NCBI RefSeq assembly: GCF_006345805.1
Contig: NC_043018.1
Location: forward strand, 1,736,001-1,800,000
From: Octopus sinensis
Taxonomy: Eukaryota
Length of the DNA: 64,000 bases
Direction: 5' to 3'
Shown here: piece by piece, positions 1 to 13,204 of the stretch
Position numbering within the stretch: position 1 is the first letter of the stretch
How the letters are laid out: the number at the start of each line of letters is the position of its first letter
Made by a program: the position numbers and the translations under genes
Notes under the pieces: generated by a model
Told to the model about the DNA's origin: nothing
The model's database searches: none
Seen by the model: only the letters and a program-made list of their open reading frames with translations

Positions 1-42
<42 letters not shown>

Positions 43-507
43 GTACGTTTATGTGTAGAAAATAAGTTCTTATACACCCAGTCTTGTGTAAATGGACATC
101 GTTATTATACAAGGCGAACCTAAGTTAAACTGGATCTTCGATGTCGTTAGCAGTCGATGAACAATAACGAGAATAGAATAATTCGCTATCGAGAAACTCG
201 GAGTACTGAAGGAAAGTATTACATTATCTGTGTCAGTTAGTAAACTTAGTTCTGTGTTTCCAACAATGGTGAGTTTTGAGGTCTTTGAGGGTTTGCTGTT
301 ACACACGTGATTTGACAGTATATATATATATGTAATTCATTCTAAACACACACTCACACACAAATGCATACAAGTATGAGTTTACGAACAAGAAAAAAAA
401 TACTCAATACAGAAGTAGAGCATAAATGTTTATTGTAGTGCTGACTTTACTCATTGTTTTTACTCAGAATTTCATGAATATAATATCTGATAGCGTTAAA
501 GCTGCGT

Positions 508-558
<51 letters not shown>

Positions 559-1488
559 ATATATACACATATATACACACATATATGTATATATACATAC
601 ACATATAAGTAAATATATATATATATATATTATATATGATCAACTTTAAACAATATGGTGTTTATTTTGAAATACAGTTTTTTTCTAAGTAGGAAGTTTT
701 TCATGGAAGATCTAAAGGGTTAAAAGTCAGTGCTGGAGAATTTAAACTAAGTTGCAAAGGCAGTTAAAATTATTGCTCTATAATAAATGACGCTACAACT
801 AAATCTAATTCTACGGTTAAAAGGAAGCAAGTTACGGGATATTACAAAAGAATCTTCAACTAGATTTGTGTTTTGGATTGGCTGTTTTTACTTCTTTTTA
901 TTTCGTCTTTCGCTTCGGGGGTATCATTTTGCGAAGCTTCCATAACATCTATAGGCATTTGCGTTAAATGTAGAAGCAGTGACGAATGAATGTTTTGTAA
1001 ATAGTAATAGTAATATTTATAAGCTTAAAGCTTATAAACGACCACCGTGTATTGTCTAAAGAAAATAGCCTAATAGTGGGGTATATAAAGCCCACGACCT
1101 AAAAAATACTTTTTACCGTCGAGGGCTTATATGCCCCAATATTAGACTACTTTATTTAGCCAATATACGGTGATCGCTTATGGGCTTTAAGTTTACAATT
1201 ATTATTATTTGCATCTGTAGACATCCTGGATATAATTTCGTCATAGTTTGCCTCATAAATTTCTTCGGTACTTTCAATGGAATTCTTTCGTTGTCAGTGA
1301 AAAACAGAACCAATATCAGTGAAATTCGTTTCCGGGTTTTGTTTCAAAATTGAAGTGATTTTTGTCTGGTTTTCTTCTCTGTTGGTCATTTAAGGATCAC
1401 CTTCATCCATTTCTCCTTTATTTGCAGTTGTTCCATAACAGCTCAAGAATTGTCGTAGCTGTCCGATGTAAATATCATATCTTGAGGT

Positions 1489-1817
1489 TTACTTCCTTGA
1501 AAATTTACTCGTTTTAATAGCATTGATTGCAGCAATTTTATTCAGTTTGACGATGGGGTCAACTCTGGAGCTATCGTCTGCTTTCGCTCTTTCATTGTCT
1601 CCGACATCAACACTATTGCTACGTCCTCCACTGTTGATTGAAATTTTCTCCTGGCAGCAATCTGTCGGCGAACTAACCGCAGTAGAAGTGTTATTACTAT
1701 TAATAATGCTAACTGAAGAAGTAGAGATTGCTGTTGTCGTAGCTGCACTTGTTGCTGTTTCTGCGGCGGGTTTAATGGCTAGAAACTTGTTAAGTTGACT
1801 ATGTTTTATGAAGTCTC
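1489..1817 (-). CDS. Possible terminal exon, S/T/N-rich, gene assignment unknown: (G)DFIKHSQLNKFLAIKPAAETATS...KFSRK*
   Basis: attccag acceptor, one open frame of 108 codons to TAA in non-repetitive sequence; no recognised homology. Confidence 0.35.
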
Positions 1818-2260
1818 CTGGAATAGATTTATACCATATTTAATACCTCTTCTCTGACGAACATTAATTAATTTACACAGCCATTAGTCAAATGCAAATA
1901 TGAAGATGAAATGTAGAGTATGACCTAACAAAATACACACATACACACACACACACAACAGACCCTCCCAATAGAACAAACGCCACCGAAAAAAACACAC
2001 ATAAACTCTCTCATTCTCATACACAGATACACACGGGCATAAATGCACATATACACACGTAATCAAAAAAATAAAAAATAATAAAAAATAAAAAATAGAA
2101 TATATTAAAAAGTTACTATCAGGAATTATATATTCAAGACAGGATTTTTGTCATGTCATCTCTCAACCTTCTGTAACAATAATAGCTGACTTTGTAGCAC
2201 TCTATGTAAATTATGAATATTTTAGTGAAAAATCTAACCGCACACACACACAAACACAAC

Positions 2261-2311
<51 letters not shown>

Positions 2312-2900
2312 AAAATAAAACGTAACGCCATGTTTTATCGTCTTGTTCGAAAAGAAGAGAAAGAGAGACAGGGTGAGGAGAAAGAGAAGCATGAGGAAAG
2401 GGAGAGGAGAGGAGTAGTGGGAGAAGAAGACGTAAAATTTAGCTGTGTCATAAACTGAGTTTTTCCCCCTCACTTTAGAAATATTTACGACTTGTCCTGG
2501 TTAAATCTGATAGGTTTATGTCGCAATAAAACTCTGCTAAGTTGTTTGGTGACTGTAACGATGGCTTTTTTATTTATTTAAATAATGATAAGAAATCAGA
2601 TTTTGGTTTTATTACTATAATTTTTTTGTGAGTTTTTTTTTTTCGTTTTACTTGTTGGTTTTTATTTAATACTTTTCTTTTCTTTACTGAAATATCTTTT
2701 CGTATTTATGTTACCTCAGCATGTGTGTATGTATGCATAATAATGCAGATTAATATAGCGTCGGGTTTGTATATGTTTGTGGAATATATACAGGAATATA
2801 CATAATCACACACAGACACAAATGCACACACACACACGCATATCAACATATTACGTATATATATATATATATAAAATATATGATATATATATACGTACTA

Positions 2901-2940
<40 letters not shown>

Positions 2941-3567
2941 TATATATACGTACTTATATATATATAGATTATATATTATTTAAGCATCTATAAATATACT
3001 CATATATATATACATGTATATGCATATATATATAATATATAATATATATATGCATATATATATGTATGTATATATATATATATAAGTATATACATACATA
3101 CGAACATATATATATATGTATATATATATATGCGTTATGACATATCACATGATATATAATACATTATGTAAAGATGTATACTATGCAGTACTTATCTGGA
3201 TATGCGGATATGATACGACATATATTTTACTATCAGTTACTACACATACACACACACACACACACACATACACACACATACACATACACACACATATATA
3301 AAGGCATTATTTATATTACTTACGCAGCAATATATAAATGTATATGTGTATGTCTGTGCGTGTGCGTGTATGAGAAAGAGTGTACATATTTTTACACTTT
3401 CATGTTTACATGCATACATCCATGCATCCACACATTCATAAATCAGGATTTGGTTGTTCCGCAATCGTTCAGGTAACTCTAAAACTAGTGTAAATAGCCA
3501 TATAAGCACGTTTTATTCCATAGATTCAATACACTTTTACTCTATCGTTTCACACATTCAGCTACAT

Positions 3568-3647
<80 letters not shown>

Positions 3648-3648
<1 letters not shown>

Positions 3649-3829
3649 GGTCCCGGGTTGAGTCGGGGTTAACCACAGTAAATAAGGTACTCAATACATA
3701 GCAGAGTAAATTAATTTATTTTATAGAAGGAGCTTCTACGGACTAGAACTGTTTCATTCAAAAGAAATCATCAGAGCTTCCTGATGATTTCTTTTGAATG
3801 AAACAGTTCTAGTCCTGTAGAAGCTCCTT

Positions 3830-3835
<6 letters not shown>
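3648..3835. mobile_element. Short fold-back element between (TA)n runs
   Basis: Arms 3721-3774 and 3781-3835 near-perfect, 6-nt loop; contains CUGAUGA...GAAAC. Confidence 0.6.
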
Positions 3836-3876
<41 letters not shown>

Positions 3877-3877
<1 letters not shown>

Positions 3878-4095
3878 GGAGAGTTTACGAAAAAAAACAA
3901 CAAAAGACGAAGACAGGTGGTGTGTACAAAACAAACAGATGTATTAGTATAACGCTCAGGAATAGAAAAAGTCTTTTACGTTTCGAGCCTACGCTCTTCT
4001 ACAGAAAGGGGCACAGAAAAAAACAAGGAGAGAAACAAGGAAAGAAAAAAATGTGTGTAGTGGCTAACGATCTACAATGGCGACTAGAGCCGGAC
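3877..4095 (-). mobile_element. Family D short repeat (TA-flanked)
   Basis: Homologous copies at ~12560-12745, 31273-31470, 31501-31695, ~33377-33500, ~62272-62500. Confidence 0.75.
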
Positions 4096-4779
4096 ATATA
4101 TGTATATGTTCATTGTTTGTCATATATGTCATATATGTATATGCACAAGTACATATATACATACATACAAGCAAACATATGCGTTTGATATGCGATAGTT
4201 TAGAATATATGTATAGATTTTTGCCAAAATAGTATGTGTACACTGACATTGTCTTCATGGCTTTTTGCATATATTATTTTCGTGAATGGAAGAAAGAAAG
4301 AAAAAAAAACAACTGGACTTGTAATCTGTTAATACTTTTCAAGAATGCAGGATATATACAAATCGGTCTATCTAGTTGACTTGAAATTTTAATAATGATG
4401 GATTGAGCTTAGTTACATAGGGTACTCAGTTGCTGATAACATCCCAATACAGGATTGAAACAAGTCCAGTTAGTTCTCTTCCCACGCGTATAGACATGTG
4501 CCTTTAGATGTAAAGTTGGCAAAATCTTAAAGATATATACTGTGTAAAAGACCAGTTCCACTGGGAATGCGACCATAGATTTACAATATAGAATGGTGAT
4601 GAACTATACCTTCAGACCCTGCCCCAGGAATACACGGAGTTTTTTTAATGATCTAAAAGTTTGTTGGCCTGGTGTATTTGTATTAAGAAAGAACTTATAT
4701 AATATTTTGCTTGGATTGCTAATCCCCCATTAATAACATTTTATGTATGTATGTATGTATGTATGAGAATATATATATA

Positions 4780-4830
<51 letters not shown>

Positions 4831-4842
4831 AATGTATATTAA

Positions 4843-4893
<51 letters not shown>

Positions 4894-5164
4894 ATATGCA
4901 TGTATATACACATATATATATGTAAACTGTCTGTCTGTCTGTATATATATACATGTGGTTCGTAAGCAAGCTACTTACCACACAGCCACTCCCACGCCTA
5001 TGCAAAATTTCACAACCTTCTGCACCAAGAAACCACTATTGCCCCTGAAAGTTGTTTTTTTTTATATATATCTTCTACAGATTGCATCTTGATCCACGGA
5101 TCTTACATTTATATATATATATATTATATATATATATATATATAATATATTTATATATATATAT

Positions 5165-5205
<41 letters not shown>

Positions 5206-5535
5206 TTACTTGTATATGTAACATGTTAAACGCGTGAACTAACACGACTGCTATTTTACAACGTACAACTTAAAGATGTCAGCAGTTTTTAAACTAGTAT
5301 TATCCTTATCCTTATCAAATCTAATAAATTTCGTTTTCTTCATATTAATCTGATTTATTAATTCAATAAAATAATGGATTCACAGCTCGGGTTTATGATG
5401 TTGTTGTTGTTAATCTTAGCATCTTTATTCTGTCATCTTAATTTTCGTTCTTCTCCTGTTCCTGCTCCATTTTCTCCGCATTATTATTATTATTATTAAT
5501 ATTATTATCATCATCATCATCATCATTATTATTAA

Positions 5536-5572
<37 letters not shown>

Positions 5573-5671
5573 TATTATTATTATTATTATTATCATCATC
5601 ATCATCATTATTATAATATTATTATTATTATTATATTATTATTATTATTATTAATATTATCATTACTATTA

Positions 5672-5726
<55 letters not shown>

Positions 5727-5756
5727 CATTATTATTATTATTACTATTATTATTAT

Positions 5757-6041
5757 TCAGTAGTTTTATTTATAGCGTGCTTTCACTTCACTACCGAGCG
5801 CAGCTCTGTGTGCCTTGGGTATGTGCTGTGATTTGTTGTGATGCTCTGATGGTTATTGTATGGAAAGTGTTCTGCGTAGGATGTGTGCAGTGCCTAGTAG
5901 TGCAATTTTCTGTATGTTATATGTGTTTGTAAGTCCTGGTGTTTTTGTTATGTATTTGTCTGAATATTTTTTTATCATGCCTAATGCACCTACTATGATA
6001 GGAATTGTTTCTGTTTTCAGATTCCACATTCTAGTTACCTC
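5757..6041 (-). mobile_element. 5'-truncated non-LTR retrotransposon with restriction-like endonuclease C-terminus (HERO/NeSL/R4-like)
   Basis: Intact 62-aa frame EVTRMWNLKTETIPIIVGALGMIKK...IQKIALLGTAHILRRTLSIQ* (5853-6041), short 3' UTR, (ATT)n on both sides. Confidence 0.75.
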
Positions 6042-6451
6042 TTATTATTATTATTATCATCATCATTATTCGAAGGCGGTAATCTGGTACATTCGTTCAC
6101 ACATCGAACAAAATGCTCATCGGCATTTCTTCCGTCTTCAAGTTCTGTGTTCAAATTCCGTCGAGGTCGACTTCGACTTTCATCCTTTCGAAGTGGATAA
6201 AGTAAGTACCGGTTGAACATTAGGAGGTCGATGTAATTGACTCATCCCCTCCTTCAAAATTGCTGCCCTTGTGGCAAAATTTGGAACTAGATAAAACTCT
6301 GTCTTTCATCCCTCCAGGGTCGATAAAATAAAGTACCAGTCAAGTACATGTACCAGTCGACGTACTCCTCACTAAATCATCTGGCCTTGTGTCAAAATTT
6401 GAAAACCTTCTTCTTCTTCTTCTTCTTCTTCTTCTTCTGGCACATATATTT

Positions 6452-6628
6452 TTTATTTGTTTCAGTCATTTGACTGCGGCCATGCTGGAACGCTGCCTTT
6501 AGTCGAACAAATCAACCCCAGGACTTATTCTTTGTAAGCCTAGTACTTATCCTATCGGTCTCTTATTGCCGAACCGCTAAGCTACAGGGACGTTATCACA
6601 TCAATTTCGGTTATCAAGCGATGGTACA

Positions 6629-6688
<60 letters not shown>

Positions 6689-6863
6689 GTATATATATAC
6701 AATGCACTTCTTTCAGTTTCCGTCTACTAAATCCACTCACAAGTCTTTGGTTGGCCCGAGGCTATAGTAGAAGACACTTGCCCAAGGTGCCACGCAATGA
6801 AGCTGAACCAGGAACCATGCGATTGGTAAGCAAGCTACTTACCACACACCCACTCCTGCGCCT
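6452..6863 (-). mobile_element. tRNA-derived SINE, family A
   Basis: Head AGGAGTG..GTGTGGTAAG..GGTTC, central (CA)/(TA) microsatellite, ...GCAGTCAAATGACTGAAACA end. Confidence 0.85.
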
Positions 6864-6949
6864 ATTTGATTACTATAAACAAATCATTTGTGTGTGCTGG
6901 ACGTTCAGTAAAAGCTGACCATTCATACGTCATCGTCGACGGGAGGGTC

Positions 6950-7004
<55 letters not shown>

Positions 7005-7013
7005 TTACTACTA

Positions 7014-7044
<31 letters not shown>

Positions 7045-7081
7045 GCTACTACTACTACCACTACCACCACTACCACTACCA

Positions 7082-7127
<46 letters not shown>

Positions 7128-7128
7128 T

Positions 7129-7174
<46 letters not shown>

Positions 7175-7200
7175 TTATTTTTATTATTATTATTATTATA

Positions 7201-7231
<31 letters not shown>

Positions 7232-7502
7232 TATTGTTATTACCATTATTATTATTCCATTTATTATAATTTAAAAAAAATACAGCTTATATCATAACTT
7301 AACCAGAGATCATAAGGCCGGTAATAATTTTGTTTTGTTTCACTTAACGTTTTTATTCAAAAAGTTTTTAGTCGTAAATTCGAATTTTCGGTTTACAATA
7401 ATTTTTCTCCATTAAGCAATAAACAACATGATAATGATAATGATAATGATAATGATGATGATGATGATGATAATGATGATGATGATGATGATAATAATAA
7501 TG

Positions 7503-7544
<42 letters not shown>

Positions 7545-8220
7545 GTAATAATAATAATAACAATAATGATAATGATAATAATAATAATAAAATAAAAGAA
7601 ATAAAATTAATTTAGTTATTCTGTTTCAATGTTTTAATTAATCCTTTAAATCTAGTATTGGTTGAATTAATATTAACCAGAGATAATAATCTCTAATTTA
7701 ATTTGTAGAATATTATCTTTGAACCATCTCTTCCTTAACTTTTAATATCATCGGAATTCTTTAAAAAAAATATTCAAGCGTTTATTGTAATCACTATTTG
7801 CTGCTGCTGTTGTTGTTGTTGTTATTTATATTTTTACTGTTCTCAATTTTTTTTTTTTACATTTTTACATTGAAATTCTTTCCCTCGTAAACCCATTTTT
7901 CGTTATGCTTAGATTATATGGCCATTTTCAGTGCGGTGGTGGTGTTGGTGGTGGTGGTGGTAGCGGTGGTGATGATGATGATGATGATGGTGATGAGAGC
8001 TGTGGTGTTGATGATGGAAATCATGAAGTTGATAATGATGATTATGATGATGATAATGAGGGTGGTGATGATCATGGTGATTACAATGATGATGATGATG
8101 ATCATCATCATAGTGATGATGTTGATAATGCTAATGATAATGATCATGATAATCATGTTAATGATGCTGATGCTGATGATGGTAATGATAATGATGATAG
8201 TGCTGGTGATGATCGTGATG
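6950..8220. repeat. Trinucleotide microsatellite cluster (TAT/TAC/AAT/GAT)n
   Basis: Direct inspection; one of dozens of (TA), (CA), (TATG), (TATC), (AAT) and (CT) tracts in the window. Confidence 0.95.
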
Positions 8221-8616
8221 ACCACAAACCTAAGAACTCATTCTTCCACTTATTTATTTATTTATTTATTTATTTATTTCATCTCTTTGCCGTTCCTTCT
8301 CCCCTATCTCCCACTCCCCCCTCTCTCTCTCCCTCTCCGCCTCTCTCCCCTTCTCCCCTCTCCCCCTCTTCTCATCTTTTCTTCAAATCTACCCCATTTC
8401 AATGTCCTTGATAGGTTTCTCTATTTCATGCAAAACATTGCTGTGCTTCCTTCCTTCCTTCCTTCCTTCCTTCCTTTCTTTCTTTCTTTCTTTCTTCCTT
8501 TCTTCCTTCCTTCCTGTCTTTCCCCCCTTCTAATTCTCTTACATCAACACTAGCTTATCCCTCTCTCTCTCTCTCTCACTTGTTCTGCAACACAACTACA
8601 TTCTATACTTTCCTCT

Positions 8617-8670
<54 letters not shown>

Positions 8671-9872
8671 GTTTCAAATTTTGCCACAAGCGCAGCCATT
8701 TTTGGAAGAGGGGTTGTCCGAATTTCCGTTCTGAGTTCAAATTCCATCGAGGCCGACTTTGCCTTTCATCCTTCCCGTTTTGATATATATATCAGTTGAG
8801 AACTGTGGTCAATGCGATTGATTTACCCCCACCCCTGAAGTTGCTGGCCTTGTTCCATAATTTGAAACAATAAGGCGGCGAGTCGGCAGAATCGCTCGGA
8901 CGCCGGACAAAATGCTTAGCGGCATTTCGACCAAATTTACGTTCTGAGTTCAAATTCCGTCGAGGTCGACATTGCCTTTCATCCTTTCGGGGTTGATAAA
9001 ATACGTACCAGTCGGGTACTAGTCAGAAATTGCTCGCCTTGTACCAAAATTTGAAACCGATATTTATCCAGAGTGTGACACAGTGAGTTCACAGCCACTG
9101 ACATTTGACAAAATCCCCAAATGCCGATATTTATGTAACATTTTATTTTTCAATTCTATGAAGTTCAGTGTTGATTAAAGCGACGAAGTGGAAGAGTCGT
9201 TAGAGCGGTGCTTGTTCCGACCCTCACTGCACCGAGTTCAATTCTCGGTGAGGTCACAGTTTTCCGTTTATCTCTTCGGAGGAGACAACACACGCACACA
9301 CAAACACAAAAAGAGAAATAGAGTACCGGGAGCAGGCATGGTTGTGTGCTAACAAGTTTGCTTGCCAACCACGTGGTCTTGGGTTCAGTCCCACTGCGTG
9401 GCACATTGAGCAATTGTCTTCCACTACAGCCTTAGGCTGACCAAAGACTTGTGAGTGGATCGACAACCTGCGCTGGTGTGTTTACGTCTCTGTAACTTAG
9501 CAGTCCGGCAAAAGACACCTAAGGTACTGGGGTGTATTCATTCGACTAAAATTCCTCAAGGTGGTGCTCCGGCATGACCGCAGTCTAATGACTAAAGGTT
9601 GAGGATTAAAGATAACTATTTTTAAGATCAGTGAATCTCAAAGCAAATAAAGCTCTAAATGATAGCGTATCAACATTGGTTTTAAATACTTTGAGTAGAA
9701 AATGTCGAAGGCTATTGTCATATGCACAGCGAACAGCAAGAATCAACAGGAAGACTTAAATATTTATCCTTAGTTTATCCGTTCTCGCTGATTCGAACGT
9801 GAATAAGCTAATTGCTGTTGCGTTTCGTCACAAGAGAACTTTTCCATTGTGACGAACATTAGTCCGGGATGT

Positions 9873-9920
9873 CTTGGGCTGACGAGACACAATGATGTCG
9901 AAACACCGGGTGTTTCAGAG
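9873..9920 (+). ncRNA. Type I hammerhead ribozyme motif, canonical core
   Basis: CUUGGG-CUGACGA-GACA(CAAUGA)UGUC-GAAA-CAC(CGG)GUG-UU-UCAGAG; stem II 4 bp, stem III 4 bp, stem I 5 of 6 pairs. Confidence 0.75.
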
Positions 9921-9971
9921 TATTTTTATGCTCATGCATCAAATGTGTTGGGAACACACATTCATCTAAGA

Positions 9972-10553
9972 CAGTGGTTCTAAAACTTTTCAAAAAATTT
10001 TACGTGCCGGTCCCCTTATAGCTTGTTTGATGATTCGCGGTCCCCTATAAAATGAAGGATAATCAAGATGGAAGAAAATGACATACGTTCGTGTACCGTA
10101 ATATGCGGATTATGAACCGCACTGCCCTTAGACCCAGAAACCCGAATACCACAACTTAATAAAGGCAATGCCCCACTGGGATAAACAAACGCACATGAAA
10201 ATATGGGGAATTAGTTGATCAATTGGTTACAAACCAAATAAAAAACGAAAAAAAAAAATATCGACAGCATATGCGCAATCAACCATTATACCTGCATATT
10301 TTCTATTGGCCAATCAACCTTGTTGTATAACAAGTGTGGTTAGCAAATGAATGTGTAGGAGTGGCGTGGGGGTTTTGAGGCCAACGACAAAAAGGGATGA
10401 TAGCATGTGGAAAATTGAAAAAAACTTGAAATGTTAAAACTTAACTGTCTGAAGCCATCTCATTTTCACGATACTTCAACGTCCCCTTGCGAGCCCCCTA
10501 AAATCGCTTCGAGGTCCCCTAGGGAACCGTGAACCCTAGTTTGAGAACAACTG
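9972..10553. mobile_element. hAT (Charlie-like) MITE
   Basis: TIRs CAGTGGTTCTAAAACT / AGTTTGAGAACAACTG; 8-bp flanks atctaaga / gtctaaaa (6 of 8 match, NTCTAGAN-like). Confidence 0.65.
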
Positions 10554-10590
10554 GTCTAAAAAGTGCTGTTTTCCTAAGAGGAAATACAAC

Positions 10591-11011
10591 AAGTGCAGGA
10601 GTGGCTGTGTGGTAAGTAGCTTGCTTACCAATCACATGGTTCCGGGTTCAGTCCCACTACGTGACACCTTGGGCAAGTGTCTTCTACTATAGCCTCGGGC
10701 CGACCAAAGCCTTATGAGTGGATTGGTAGACGGAAACTGAAAGAAGCCCGTTGTATATATGTATATATATATATGTGTGTGTATATGTTGTGTATCTGTG
10801 TTTGTCCCCCCCCCCAGCGTCGCTTGACAACCGATGCTGGTGTGTTTAGGTCCCCGTTACTTAGCGGTTCGGCAAAAGAGACCGATAGAATAAGTACTAG
10901 GCTTACGAAGAATAAGTCCTGGGGTCGATTTGATTCGACTAAAGGCGGTGCTTTAGCATGGCCGCAGTCAAATGACTGAAACAAGTAAAAGAGTAAAAGA
11001 GTAAAAGAGTA
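10591..11011 (+). mobile_element. tRNA-derived SINE, family A, full length
   Basis: A/B-box-like head, central microsatellite, (GTAAAAGA)3 tail. Confidence 0.9.
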
Positions 11012-12016
11012 ATTCGCATTTTCATGTTCGAACGTGCGGAAACGTTTTTAAGAACAAATATGGTGGTCATTGTAGCTTAAGTTCTGTCTGGTAGTAGACG
11101 CTTGTCTATGACGCCATGCTGTGGAATAAAACCAGTGACCTCGTGGTTGAGAAGCAACCGTCTGAAACCATTCGACTATATGGCTAATACGACCGGACCA
11201 AAGATTGTTCTAAATTGAAAGTACTTTGTCAACAAGTCGACAATCAATGACTCTCAAGGAGAACTTGATATTTTCGGATAATTCTTTTATTTCAAACAGA
11301 AATTGATAGATCTTTAACTGGTGGTCGCTAACCGAAAGTATCAACAATTTATCTCAATTATTTTCTCTCTTTTATTCCGTTAATATTTCTTTAGATACAA
11401 AGAAGGGGGAAAAAAAAAAACAAGAAATAAAAAGAAAACGAAAAGGAAAAAAGTAAACAAAGAAAAAATGATGTTTTGGCATCATTGACCGTTCCCTAGA
11501 ACTGGAGACAGACGTTTGTTACTTGCTAAGAAAACACTTTGATAATAGATGGTTCCATACAAAAGCTTACTCGCAGAGTTTTTCTTCGAATTATGTTTGA
11601 AGAATAACCACGACAGAACAATAAATCTATTTCTTTTATCATGATATATCACAATGTATGACGTCTAGCTTTATCATCCACCCCCTCTTCCTCTCTCTCT
11701 CTCTCTCTCTCTTTCCCTTGTCTATTTGTCTGTCTGTCTGTCGCTCTCTTGCTCTTTTCTTCCATTCTATGTCGCTTTCTTAATTTCTGTATTTCTCTCT
11801 CTCCCTCCCCTTCTTTCTATGTCTCTTCCTCTCTCTATGTCTCTTCCTCTCTCTATGTCTCTTCCTCTCTCTCTCTCTCTCTCTCTCTCCTCCTTCTGTC
11901 TGTTTGCCTGTCTGCCGCTCTCTTGCCTTTTTCTTCCATTCTATGTCTCTATGTCGCTTTCTTAATATTTTATATTTCTCCTTCTCCCTCCCCCTGTCTG
12001 TCTGTCTGTCTGTTTG

Positions 12017-12058
<42 letters not shown>

Positions 12059-12382
12059 CTAGTCATATTCATCTTTATCCTCTTTATCGCTGTAAATTTC
12101 GCTCTCTCTCTCTCACCCACTTTCTCCGTTCTACTCTTTCTATATATGACTCTCCCTCTCAACATCACTCTCTCTTTCTGTTACTCGATTCCTACTAGTC
12201 TCTTTCTTTCTCATTCCCACTTTGTGGCTGTCTATCATTGCCTCTCTCTCTATATATATCTCTCTCCTCTTCTGTCACGGTCTTTCTATTCCTCTCTCTA
12301 TGTCTCTGTCTATCTTATTCTCTCTATCTATCATTCTCCCCTCTCTCTGTCTGCCCCTCTCTTTTCCACACCCTGCCTTTTG

Positions 12383-12460
<78 letters not shown>

Positions 12461-12610
12461 ATGTATATCTATCTATATATATGTATATATATATATGTAT
12501 GAATGTATGTATGAATGTATGCATGTACGTATGTATGTGTGTGTATGTATGTGTTAGCTCCTACACGCATTTTTTTCTCTCTTTGTTTCTCTCCTTGTTT
12601 TTTCTGTGTA

Positions 12611-12648
12611 TCTTTCTGTTGAAGAGCGTAGGCTCGAAACGTAAAAGA
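12611..12648 (+). ncRNA. Minimal hammerhead-like motif with A6U core in a ~190-bp repeat (family D)
   Basis: UCUUU-CUGUUGA-A-GAGC(GUAG)GCUC-GAAAC-GUA-AAAGA; also 62339-62376(+), ~33377-33412(+), 3972-4009(-). Confidence 0.5.
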
Positions 12649-12743
12649 CTTTTTCTATTTCTATTCCTGAGCGTTATACTAATACATTTGTTTGTTTGTA
12701 TTCACCTGCCTTCATCTTTTGTTTATTTTCGTAAACTTTCCCG

Positions 12744-12777
<34 letters not shown>

Positions 12778-12942
12778 CAATAATTGATTTTCGTTATTTT
12801 TCCTCTCTGCCCGCGTGGGTTGTTTTCGAGTACTTTGTTTTTGTCCGGGAGTCTCTTTTTAAAGTAAAGGAAATAGTTAAGGTCCTTTGGCTACTATTTC
12901 TAAATTTCGTTATGTGGTAAAGCAAATCTTTGCTGAACCCTA

Positions 12943-13117
<175 letters not shown>

Positions 13118-13204
13118 ATATATTATATAATATATTATATATAATAGATATTTGTATGTGTGTGTGTGTGTTGTGTGTGTGGTGTGTGCGAGTGTGTGGG
13201 TTGC

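Noticed and set aside
70-306. 78-aa minus-strand ORF in non-repetitive sequence
   Set aside because: Weak acceptor, no recognisable domain and no link to other exons; cannot be supported, though not excluded.
1523-1798. Plus-strand 91-aa hydrophobic ORF
   Set aside because: Codon-aligned antisense shadow of the longer minus-strand frame 1489-1817.
9180-9260. tRNA-like segments here and at SINE heads
   Set aside because: Only A/B-box-like motifs without a full cloverleaf; these are SINE heads or relics, not tRNA genes.
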